Source: Enterobacter phage EC152
DNA length: 64,000 nt
Reading direction: 5' to 3' (one strand)
Sequence record: PP681140.1
Below the pieces are notes generated by a model that was not told where the DNA came from, made no database searches, and worked only from the letters and a program-made list of their open reading frames with translations. Position 1 is the stretch's first letter. Each line of letters starts with the position of its first letter. This document shows, piece after piece, positions 56,936 to 64,000 of the stretch. The position numbers and the translations under genes were made by a program.

Positions 56936-57216
56936 TTCTTTTTCCTTTTTGTTGTTTTCTTATACAAACCTAACGCGGCATTCTCCTTGGCGCAAGTGAG
57001 AACTCTTTCGATCTTGCGACGATCAACCTCCGGCATATTAAGTTCCCACCAACCCATCCAGTAGATCTGGTCTTTGGTGAGTGGTTCTGCTTCAGGATCT
57101 GCCTCTTGATCATGAAGGCGCTGTATAGCTTCCTTGATCACACCAACATCGGTTGTGAACACAAACGCTTCTGTATCGAACTTGTCCTTAACGGGCTTCT
57201 TAATATCTTTTTTCAT
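56932..57216 (-). CDS. Hypothetical protein, 94 aa
   Basis: ATGA coupling. Confidence 0.5.
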   Translation of the reverse strand: MKKDIKKPVKDKFDTEAFVFTTDVGVIKEAIQRLHDQEADPEAEPLTKDQIYWMGWWELNMPEVDRRKIERVLTCAKENAALGLYKKTTKRKKK

Positions 57217-57503
57217 TTTATCTCCGTAGCCGGGTAAGCATAGAGGATTCCGTCACGAATGTTACGGTTGTGCTGCCACACAATCAGCTTCATGCACACC
57301 AGATTGACTACATGACGATCACCATGAATGTAAACACTGGAGTCCATCCATGTCTTACCCCAGTCAACCCGACTGTCGAGATACAGCTTAACACCATATC
57401 GTTTCTCCGCTGCACTCATAATCTCCAAGAGGGCTTCATAAGCCTCTTTGTAGATTGAGTTATCGCAGGTAATGCTCTTCATATCCAAATTAACCCTCCA
57501 CAA
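57213..57503 (-). CDS. Hypothetical protein, 96 aa
   Basis: ORF on the minus strand. Confidence 0.5.
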   Translation of the reverse strand: MWRVNLDMKSITCDNSIYKEAYEALLEIMSAAEKRYGVKLYLDSRVDWGKTWMDSSVYIHGDRHVVNLVCMKLIVWQHNRNIRDGILYAYPATEIK

Positions 57504-57599
57504 TAGCCCTCAGAGCCTCTGAGTGGCCCTGTATTGAATTAAATGGGTGTAGGGAACCCAAGTGTACCACCACACCATTAAAACCTCTTACAACGCTTC

Positions 57600-57992
57600 T
57601 CAGAGCGTTATACGAATCTCACTGAGATCCACCACACAATTATTACTCTCGATATGTTCCACTGTCAAGTCCTTATACCATACCACAGTGACATTTCTTT
57701 GTCTTAGACGACTACGTAATGACGTGAGGTAGTCACCGAACACTTCCTGCTCAGACTTACCATCTGGTAAAACCACACACACATTTTGTTCTTTCATTGA
57801 TTCATGAAACACATCACGAATCAACATGAGCCTTGACTTCTCCTCGTCAGTCTGTTCAGCTTTACGACGAGGTTTACCACACACCATATCACCAATATCT
57901 TTTGTTTGTTTACTTGACAACATTACAATCTCCTTTAACAATACGAGCATTCTACATGAACAAAATCTGAAGTCAACCCCTTGACAGCACAT
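57600..57992 (-). CDS. Hypothetical protein (130 aa ORF; probable start MLSSKQTK)
   Basis: First gene of the leftward cluster. Confidence 0.45.
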   Translation of the reverse strand: MCCQGVDFRFCSCRMLVLLKEIVMLSSKQTKDIGDMVCGKPRRKAEQTDEEKSRLMLIRDVFHESMKEQNVCVVLPDGKSEQEVFGDYLTSLRSRLRQRNVTVVWYKDLTVEHIESNNCVVDLSEIRITL

Positions 57993-58061
57993 TCCTGTTC
58001 ATTCATACTGCGGTTCATCAAGTGAACGACTCTTTGATAGTAGAATATATAGATCATACTA

Positions 58062-58188
58062 AAAGATCTTGTTTTTAGATCTTATGTTTTATTGTTTTTA
58101 TAAAAGAGTATTGTTTTATTTATTTTATATAGTATTTATTTCTGTTATCAATTTGAGACTAGGCTTAGTATCAATTTGAGTATAGGCT
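58062..58188. promoter_or_regulatory. AT-rich divergent control region: palindrome AAGATCT-n7-AGATCTT (58062-58082) and two 20-bp iteron-like direct repeats TATCAATTTGAG(AC/TA)TAGGCT (58146-58165, 58169-58188)
   Basis: Read directly; lies immediately upstream of the HTH gene. Confidence 0.5.
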
Positions 58189-58201
58189 ATGGAGGAGAGA
58201 C

Positions 58202-58519
58202 ATGGGGTACATCGCGTCAGGTAAGCACATCTACGGTAACTTCGAACTGAAGTTGCTGTCGGTGACCTGCGCCTCGTCCAACGACAAGATTGTGTACCTC
58301 TACATGCGTCATCAGTATCACTACTTCAAGTCTCTCCGGAAAACGTATCATGAGTCGCTTGATAGTATTGCTGATGCCACAGGATTATCGAGGGCAACTG
58401 TTGCCAGGTGTGTGAGCAACCTTGAAAAGATAAAGTGGTTGACAAAGGACACAACACGCACCAACATGGGCCACAACAAAACGATTTACGAAATTCACAA
58501 TTGGACAGAGGAGAAATAA
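58202..58519 (+). CDS. Winged-helix/HTH DNA-binding regulator, 105 aa
   Basis: SLDSIADATGLSRATVARCVSNLEKIKWL HTH; Shine-Dalgarno GGAGGAGAGA. Confidence 0.65.
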   Translation: MGYIASGKHIYGNFELKLLSVTCASSNDKIVYLYMRHQYHYFKSLRKTYHESLDSIADATGLSRATVARCVSNLEKIKWLTKDTTRTNMGHNKTIYEIHNWTEEK

Positions 58520-58520
58520 A

Positions 58521-59333
58521 ATGAGTATTGAATTACGTTTGAACAAACTGGTTGTTCCTGTAGACCACTTCACCTTTAAGGGTGGTGAGGAACAGGTCAA
58601 AATTGACCTAAAACACGCACCAAAAGGCGGTATTGGTTTCGTAGATATCACTGCCAAAATCAAAAATTCAACTGATGTCATGGCACTGGCTATGTTGGTG
58701 GATGCGTGTTCCCGTTTGGAAGGATTGCATAACCACGCAGAGTTCACCCTGCACCTTCCATACATCCCGTATGCACGTCAAGACCGTGTAATGAACCCAG
58801 GTGAAGCGTTATCTATTAAGGTTTTCGCAAACATTGTCAACTCGCTTGGTTTCGACACGGTTATCGTTGATGACCCGCACAGCGATGTCTCTGCTGCACT
58901 GCTCAATAACGTCCGTATCCGTGGTCAGGATGTTCTTATTTCCGAGATGAAAGATCTTGGCAACTCCACATTGCATAGCAACTCTTTGGTTGTGGTAGCA
59001 CCTGATGCGGGTGCTCGCAAGAAAGCCCATAAGGTTGCTGACCGATTCAGTCTTCCTCTTGTTGAGGCTGGTAAAGTACGTGATTTGCAGACCAACGAAA
59101 TCACTGGTACTGCGGTGTTCGGAGATGTTGAAGGTAAAGTGTGTATGATTGTTGATGATATCTGCGACGGTGGTCGTACATTCATCGCCCTTGCACAGGC
59201 CCTGAAAGAAAACGGTGCGAAACGTGTTATCCTGTACGTTACTCACGGTATCTTTTCTTTCGGTAAACAGGTCATCCTCGATGGTGGGGTTGATGAAATC
59301 TATGCGTATCATGACTGGACGGAGAATTTTTAA
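58521..59333 (+). CDS. Ribose-phosphate pyrophosphokinase (Prs) family enzyme; likely ADP-ribose pyrophosphate synthetase (Adps) of a NAD-reconstitution pathway
   Basis: HLPYIPYARQDR and MIVDDICDGGRTFIALAQALKENGAKRVILYVTHGIFS align with the Prs catalytic and PRPP-binding loops; N-terminal domain shortened. Confidence 0.8.
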   Translation: MSIELRLNKLVVPVDHFTFKGGEEQVKIDLKHAPKGGIGFVDITAKIKNSTDVMALAMLVDACSRLEGLHNHAEFTLHLPYIPYARQDRVMNPGEALSIKVFANIVNSLGFDTVIVDDPHSDVSAALLNNVRIRGQDVLISEMKDLGNSTLHSNSLVVVAPDAGARKKAHKVADRFSLPLVEAGKVRDLQTNEITGTAVFGDVEGKVCMIVDDICDGGRTFIALAQALKENGAKRVILYVTHGIFSFGKQVILDGGVDEIYAYHDWTENF

Positions 59334-59866
59334 TGACTGAATCAACAAGTTTTATTTTTGTTGTCGATACAGATTCCTATGCTGGTAATTTTGAGCGTGA
59401 CATGTGCGCTCATATCACCGGGCAGATTGGTGAATGCGGTGTTGGTGCAGAGTACCGCACCGATATTGAAGACCTAAAAGAAGACCATTACGATTTTGAT
59501 CTCGAAAAAATCTGTGAGTGGTTAGAAAATAATGTTCTCCAGGTTCCAGATGAACACGCCTGCTATCGCCCATGTGCGATTTACCCAACACCGGGGCGTA
59601 CAAACAACGGCGGTGGTGTGCATTCTGATGTGACCGCAAATAATCCATTCAAGTGGCCTGCATACGAAAGTGTAGCTATCTACATCCGTGAAGAACCACC
59701 TGAAGATGTGGTACGTTTCATGGTCATCCGTGCTAACACTTTCTATATTCGTGCGACCAAGTGGTCACCAGCCAAAGAAATCAAGGTAAAAGGTTGCAGA
59801 TTGGTTAAAGAAACGACAACTGTGAAAACAGAATCGAAATCTTTAGACTTTTCACTTGACATCTAA
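59333..59866 (+). CDS. Hypothetical protein, 177 aa, translationally coupled between the Prs-like and NAMPT-like genes
   Basis: TAATG overlap with the upstream gene; no recognisable motif (no Nudix box, no HxGH). Confidence 0.6.
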   Translation: MTESTSFIFVVDTDSYAGNFERDMCAHITGQIGECGVGAEYRTDIEDLKEDHYDFDLEKICEWLENNVLQVPDEHACYRPCAIYPTPGRTNNGGGVHSDVTANNPFKWPAYESVAIYIREEPPEDVVRFMVIRANTFYIRATKWSPAKEIKVKGCRLVKETTTVKTESKSLDFSLDI

Positions 59867-59919
59867 ACCGAACGGGGTGTAGAATCACCCCATCAAAACA
59901 CACAAAGGAGAAACAAAAC

Positions 59920-61611
59920 ATGCTGCATAAAGAAAGTCCACTTTGCCACGCTGACTTTTATAAACCTTCACACATCTCCATGTACGATCAACGTTCTGAG
60001 ATTGTTCAGGACAACATGACACCACGTAATGCAAAGCACTTCATTCATTTCGCTGATAATGACCAGCGTGTGATGATGGCTGGCCTGCAAGGTTTCATTA
60101 AGTGGTTCCTGATCGATATGTTTAACGAAAACTTTTTCAAAATGAAAAAGGAAGACGCTCTGGCCCAGTACAAAGAAATTTGTGATCTGAGCATCGGTCC
60201 GAACATGGTTGAAACATGGGGCTTTGAAAAACTTCACGACCTCGGTTATCTGCCACTGGAAATCCGCTCAATTCCTGAAGGTACACTGTCTCCAGTACAG
60301 GTTCCGCTGTTCACCATCCAGAACACGCACCCTGATTTCTACTGGTTGCCGAACTTCCTGGAAAGTGTGATCTCAGCAGAAACCTGGAAAACTATCACAA
60401 CTGCAACTACATTCTGGCAGTATCGTAAGCTGTCTGAAGCGTGGGCCGCTGAAACCTGTGACAACAATCTGCACGTTCCGTTCCAGAACCACTGCTTCGC
60501 GTATCGCGGTGAATCAGGTACTCACGATGCAGCACAGAGCGAGTTTGGTCAACTGATCAACTCAATGGGTACAGATACCATTCCTGCGATTCTGTATGCA
60601 ATGCGTTATTACAACATGAAAGGTAAGTTCGTTGCTGGTTCTATCCCCGCATCAGAACACAGTGTTGCAACAACTAACATTGGCTTTATCGTCGGTCGCC
60701 TGAAAACTGAAAATCCTGATCTGTCTCTGGATGAACTGCGTTTCCTGGCTGAAGTTGAATTCCTGAAACGCTACATCACGGAAATTTTCCCGAAAGGTTT
60801 TGTTTCCTACGTAGCAGACAGCTATGACTTCTGGGCGATTATCACCCGCGCAGCGCTGATTCTAAAAGAAGATATCATGGCTCGTGACGGTCGTGTTGTG
60901 TTCCGTCCTGACTCAGGTATTCCAGAGCACATCATCGCTGGGTATTATATCCTGCCTGGTGAATATAAAACCTGCTCAGACGCATTTGATGAGCTTGAGC
61001 GATTTGAAGGTCCATATACTCCTGAAGTTGTGAATGTGCAGGGGACTTGGTTCACCATTGAATATAACGAGTTCTCAGATACAACGATTACTCGTTCAGA
61101 ACTTACAGACCATGAAGTCAAAGGTGCAATCCAGTGCCTGTGGGAAATCTTTGGTGGTGAAATTAACTCCAAAGGCTACAAAGTTCTGGACAGTCATGTT
61201 GGCCTGATCTACGGTGACTCTATCACTGTCGCTCGTGCAAAAGACATCTTTGAACGTCTGAAAGACCATGGTTTTGCATCCAGCAACATTGTGTTCGGGG
61301 TTGGTTCTTATACCACACAGTACACAACCCGTGATTCACTGGGTATGGCTGTGAAGGCAACTGGTGCGGTTATTGATGGTCAGCAGATCATGGTTGTCAA
61401 AGAACCGAAGACTGATCTCGGTAAGAAATCTGCAAAAGGTTTCCTGAAGGTTGTTCGTGATGAGAATGGTGAACTGAAACTGGTTGACAATTGTCAGCTT
61501 GAAGATGTACAGTCTGACGATAACGAACTGCGTCGTGTGTTCTACAATGGCAAACTGATTGTCGATGAAGACCTGACAACGATTCGTGAACGAGCAGCCG
61601 CTCAACTGTAA
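59920..61611 (+). CDS. Nicotinamide phosphoribosyltransferase (NAMPT/NadV) family enzyme; likely Namat of a NAD-reconstitution pathway
   Basis: 563 aa with typical NAMPT regions (…GYRGESGTHDAAQ…, …VFGVGSYT…); Shine-Dalgarno AAAGGAGAAAC. Confidence 0.8.
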   Translation: MLHKESPLCHADFYKPSHISMYDQRSEIVQDNMTPRNAKHFIHFADNDQRVMMAGLQGFIKWFLIDMFNENFFKMKKEDALAQYKEICDLSIGPNMVETWGFEKLHDLGYLPLEIRSIPEGTLSPVQVPLFTIQNTHPDFYWLPNFLESVISAETWKTITTATTFWQYRKLSEAWAAETCDNNLHVPFQNHCFAYRGESGTHDAAQSEFGQLINSMGTDTIPAILYAMRYYNMKGKFVAGSIPASEHSVATTNIGFIVGRLKTENPDLSLDELRFLAEVEFLKRYITEIFPKGFVSYVADSYDFWAIITRAALILKEDIMARDGRVVFRPDSGIPEHIIAGYYILPGEYKTCSDAFDELERFEGPYTPEVVNVQGTWFTIEYNEFSDTTITRSELTDHEVKGAIQCLWEIFGGEINSKGYKVLDSHVGLIYGDSITVARAKDIFERLKDHGFASSNIVFGVGSYTTQYTTRDSLGMAVKATGAVIDGQQIMVVKEPKTDLGKKSAKGFLKVVRDENGELKLVDNCQLEDVQSDDNELRRVFYNGKLIVDEDLTTIRERAAAQL

Positions 61612-61617
61612 TCAATA

Positions 61618-61637
61618 AGCCCCTTCGGGGGCTTTTC
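61618..61637 (+). terminator. Rho-independent terminator AAGCCCCTTCGGGGGCTTTT
   Basis: Hairpin plus T-run. Confidence 0.75.
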
Positions 61638-61650
61638 TGATAGGTAGACT

Positions 61651-61962
61651 ATGGAAAATCCATGCAAGTGGCATGAAGTCCCAGTAGGAGATTGCCTTAC
61701 GTGTAATAACACACCAACAAACCCGTATTATATTAAGGAGCCTAAGATGTTTGGACCAGTAATGATGGAGTGTAAAGTCTGTAAACAGGAATTTGAAGCT
61801 GATCTTGAGGCTCATGGACCAGGTGTTTGCATCATTTCCTTTGGTTGTGGACATACAATGCACGCAACAAAAACAGAAACCCGCTGGGTAAACACGAAAA
61901 CGGGAAATGTAGATCTCGTTGAAACCGAAAAACAGATTAAGGGGTCTGATTTCAGTGCGTAA
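61651..61962 (+). CDS. Cys-rich zinc-binding protein, 103 aa
   Basis: CKWHEVPVGDCLTC...CKVCKQ...CIISFGCGH. Confidence 0.55.
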   Translation: MENPCKWHEVPVGDCLTCNNTPTNPYYIKEPKMFGPVMMECKVCKQEFEADLEAHGPGVCIISFGCGHTMHATKTETRWVNTKTGNVDLVETEKQIKGSDFSA

Positions 61963-62164
61963 TTACGTTGCAAAACACGACCATAACCGCGCTTCTGTAC
62001 ACACAGACCAGAAGAAAGCGTGGGAACCAGACGTTCTTGACGGTCTTGAGGAGCATTTCCTTGAGATAGAGAATCCGAAAGAGGATGAAGAAGAGCTAAC
62101 GCCAGAGCAAAAGCTGGCTATAGCAGAGTATTCACGGGGTGTCAAGGACTCTGGAATTGTTTGA
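61955..62164 (+). CDS. Hypothetical protein, about 70 aa (possible GTG start)
   Basis: AAGGGG Shine-Dalgarno 10 nt upstream of the GTG; the track ORF starts at 61919. Confidence 0.4.
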   Translation: MRNYVAKHDHNRASVHTDQKKAWEPDVLDGLEEHFLEIENPKEDEEELTPEQKLAIAEYSRGVKDSGIV

Positions 62165-62243
62165 TTGACAAAAATAGTGACCGCTGATAAGATCTAAGTT
62201 ATCGAAACAACTCGATTTCTTAATTAACTAACGGTAGGTCATT

Positions 62244-62489
62244 ATGTTTAAATTAAAACTTGTACACAAATCTGATAATGGAGAGTATATTGAACACGAA
62301 TCACATCACGTCACCCTGGACGAAGCGACTGAAGAAGCTGATGATATCGCTTTTGCTACGACTGGCTACGGCATTGAAGCCTGGAAATATGTTGCATCCT
62401 TCGGAGAAGAAGGCGGCTTATACTATTTCTACCCCGTTGACGGTGATTCCACGATCAAGTACGCTCTCCGAATCTTCAGGACAGTCTAA
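62244..62489 (+). CDS. Hypothetical acidic protein, 81 aa
   Basis: ORF on the plus strand. Confidence 0.5.
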   Translation: MFKLKLVHKSDNGEYIEHESHHVTLDEATEEADDIAFATTGYGIEAWKYVASFGEEGGLYYFYPVDGDSTIKYALRIFRTV

Positions 62490-62552
62490 AAACCGCAAGC
62501 AGCGCCGTGCTGAAGCGGCGATTACACGTTCAAAACGAAAAGGAGCAAAACG

Positions 62553-62672
62553 ATGAAAGAAGAATTTGACGGATTTATCGGTTATGGTGAAGGCATTCGC
62601 CAAGCTGAAGACGTAGATGTTTTCGTTGGTTTCGGAGAGGGTATTTCCTCTGAGGAAAACTGGGGGTTTTAA
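62553..62672 (+). CDS. Small acidic peptide, 39 aa
   Basis: AAAAGGAGCAAAAC Shine-Dalgarno. Confidence 0.4.
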   Translation: MKEEFDGFIGYGEGIRQAEDVDVFVGFGEGISSEENWGF

Positions 62673-62674
62673 AA

Positions 62675-62854
62675 ATGGACCAGTTTATTGAGTTCTCTGA
62701 GAGAGACTGGCCCCATGAAAGCCTGCGTGGTATGTACCACCACCTGGCTTGCAAGCAATGTGGTAAGCAGTATATCGGGCCAAAAAGAGAGGTGTTCTGT
62801 TTTATTTGTGAAAAAGATAAAAAATACATTGACAATAGAAAAGATAGTGCGTAG
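62675..62854 (+). CDS. Zinc-ribbon protein, 59 aa (CKQCGK...CFICEKDKK)
   Basis: GGGGGT Shine-Dalgarno; preferred over the overlapping track ORF 62688-62900, which runs into the tRNA. Confidence 0.45.
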   Translation: MDQFIEFSERDWPHESLRGMYHHLACKQCGKQYIGPKREVFCFICEKDKKYIDNRKDSA

Positions 62855-62877
62855 TATTCACCTCACCAAGACGAGAT

Positions 62878-62951
62878 GGTTCTGTAGCTTAGTTGGTTAG
62901 AGCGCTTCCCTCATAAGGAAGAGGTCGCAGGTTCAATCCCTGCCAGAACTA
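62878..62951 (+). tRNA. tRNA-Met (anticodon CAU)
   Basis: Manual cloverleaf: acceptor GGTTCTG/CAGAACT (G1-U72), D-arm GCTT-AGTTGGTTA-GAGC, anticodon stem CTTCC/GGAAG with loop CTCATAA, T-arm GCAGG-TTCAATC-CCTGC, discriminator A; CCA encoded at 62952-62954. Confidence 0.8.
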
Positions 62952-62968
62952 CCAAACGAGGAGAGACC

Positions 62969-63136
62969 ATGAATAAGATTTATGATTTTTTCGGAATTGG
63001 TAAACCCAAGAGTATGTCTTCAAACTGGGATTCCAGAATGGACTCATCTGTAGGGAATAGTAATTCTGTGTACGACCGTTACAATGTTTCACTCGGTCTT
63101 CATAAAGAAACGAAAAAAGATTCAAAAAACGATTGA
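62969..63136 (+). CDS. Hypothetical protein, 55 aa
   Basis: GAGGAGAGACC Shine-Dalgarno. Confidence 0.4.
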   Translation: MNKIYDFFGIGKPKSMSSNWDSRMDSSVGNSNSVYDRYNVSLGLHKETKKDSKND

Positions 63137-63205
63137 CAAAGGAAGTACGAAAGATTAGTATTACCAACGTCAACAAGACATTAGCAAATAGAGGAGAAAT
63201 ACAAC

Positions 63206-63535
63206 ATGGCTAAGAAAAACGCAACTAAGAAAGTTTCTGCAATCGACGCAATCAAACAGCCTTTCCAGTTTGAGTCGAAGTCAACGCAGACTCACTCTGC
63301 ACCACACGATGTTCGTCTGGGCGGTGTAACCAAGACCGTTTCCATTCGTAAAAAGCGTCGTGATGAAGACGGCAACGTTGTATTCATCTGGGAATCCGTT
63401 TCCCGCGTTGAAGGCGGTCAGGTTATTTCTGCCTCACATCGTGTTCGCACTGGCAAGACCAAGCGTGAACGCGCTGGTAAAGCTAAAGACGCTAAGGTTG
63501 TTGAAGCCGTAGCGCCGAAAGGTAAGAAGAAGTAA
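63206..63535 (+). CDS. Lys-rich basic protein, 109 aa (possible nucleic-acid-binding/histone-like)
   Basis: Promoter TTGACA-17-TAGTAT at 63135-63163; Shine-Dalgarno AGAGGAGAAA. Confidence 0.65.
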   Translation: MAKKNATKKVSAIDAIKQPFQFESKSTQTHSAPHDVRLGGVTKTVSIRKKRRDEDGNVVFIWESVSRVEGGQVISASHRVRTGKTKRERAGKAKDAKVVEAVAPKGKKK

Positions 63536-63743
63536 TAAAGCTTTACTGAACTGATGGTTTGTGTTGAAATGGCGCTGTCGAAAATTGTCGGCAGGGTCAT
63601 AGTAAACAGTCGCCCCAGTTCGGTAATTAATTCCTCCGGCATGGGGATAGACGAAGCTGGCTGCGGCGATGCGTCTTAAAATAAAGGGCTGCGGCAACCG
63701 TGACGACCCCGTGCAACGTCTTGAAAAACACGGGACTGATTTT

Positions 63744-63816
63744 GGGGTATTAACTCAGCGGTTAGAGTAGCGGCCTCTTAAGCCGAAGGTCGAAGGTTCG
63801 AATCCTTCATGCCCTA
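63744..63816 (+). tRNA. tRNA-Lys (anticodon CUU)
   Basis: Manual cloverleaf: acceptor GGGGTAT/ATGCCCT, D-arm ACTC-AGCGGTTA-GAGT, anticodon loop CTCTTAA, T-arm GAAGG-TTCGAAT-CCTTC, discriminator A, CCA encoded. Confidence 0.75.
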
Positions 63817-63879
63817 CCAAACAACGGGCTTTGGAAGTAATGCTTAATTACGGGTGAGGAATCCCCGGACCCCCAGCTT

Positions 63880-63912
63880 AGGGGTGCATCACGTAAGGTT
63901 CGAATCCTTACC
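63880..63912 (+). other. tRNA-like 3' fragment (T-arm TAAGG-TTCGAAT-CCTTA plus acceptor 3' strand and CACCA) with no matching 5' acceptor strand
   Basis: GGTTCGAATCC T-loop box; a complete cloverleaf could not be folded by eye. Confidence 0.3.
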
Positions 63913-64000
63913 TTCGCCCACCATTTTGAGAGAAAAGAGAACTGGGGTTCAACTCCCTTGTCTCGGAAGGCCCGCCTTCTAACAGGGCCGATAGCTTACG

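Noticed and set aside
62688-62900. Track ORF overlapping the tRNA-Met gene
   Set aside because: Runs into a clean tRNA cloverleaf; the alternative frame 62675-62854 has a Shine-Dalgarno and a zinc-ribbon motif and stops before the tRNA
63820-63912. Complete third tRNA
   Set aside because: No 5' acceptor strand complementary to CCTTCGC or TTCGCCC is present within 95 nt upstream; only a 3' half can be folded
1-64000. Prophage or integrative element features (integrase, attachment sites, transposase, IS elements)
   Set aside because: None seen; gene content and promoter architecture indicate a strictly lytic phage genome segment

Overview
This window reads as part of a large virulent tailed-phage genome infecting an enterobacterial host; composition is roughly 45-50 % GC by eye. 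That inference rests on T4-like replication and repair enzymes, phage-type lysis and nucleotide-metabolism genes, tRNA genes, and the absence of ribosomal or housekeeping genes. The window has three parts.

1. Positions 1-10.7 kb form a plus-strand early region. About 35 small genes sit here, most with their own near-consensus sigma70 promoter (TTGACA-17-TATAAT) and a conserved GC stem-loop placed directly 5' of an AAAGGTAAA-type Shine-Dalgarno. Repeat-rich non-coding boundaries flank the block: a roughly 67-bp tandem repeat at the window start, palindromic GAATGAT/ATCATTC and TGAGAAT/ATTCTCA operator-like sites, and a roughly 30-bp TATGCAAAA-AGTGAAT motif present at least 6 times.

2. Positions 10.7-12.4 kb are a 1.7-kb non-coding switch region with nested inverted repeats. 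It is a candidate origin or regulatory hub.

3. Positions 12.4-58 kb are a long minus-strand cluster. It encodes nucleotide metabolism and DNA transactions: NrdA/NrdB/NrdH-like glutaredoxin, ThyX, dNMP kinase, a HAD 5'-nucleotidase, a PhoH-like ATPase, a FEN/RNase H nuclease, an endonuclease VII, a DEDD exonuclease, an ATP-dependent DNA ligase and an N6-adenine methyltransferase. It also carries a GH19-type endolysin and a ClpP-like protease.

The same cluster has a striking set of RNA- and NAD-directed accessory functions: a CCA-adding enzyme, a second Pol-beta-type nucleotidyltransferase, a PTH2-like peptidyl-tRNA hydrolase, a polynucleotide kinase, a metallophosphoesterase, an RNA ligase, a CobB-like sirtuin, a NADAR domain protein, an SPFH lipoprotein, a GHKL ATPase and three paralogous LamG/ConA-like proteins.

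At 58-64 kb a plus-strand operon runs HTH regulator, Prs-like enzyme, unknown, NAMPT-like enzyme. This is a NAD-reconstitution-type pathway (NARP1-like, Adps/Namat) with an extra translationally coupled gene. It is followed by small zinc-ribbon genes, tRNA-Met(CAU), tRNA-Lys(CUU) and a tRNA-like 3' fragment.

No CRISPR array, integrase or transposase is visible. All assignments come from motif recognition in the supplied translations and sequence; no database search was possible.
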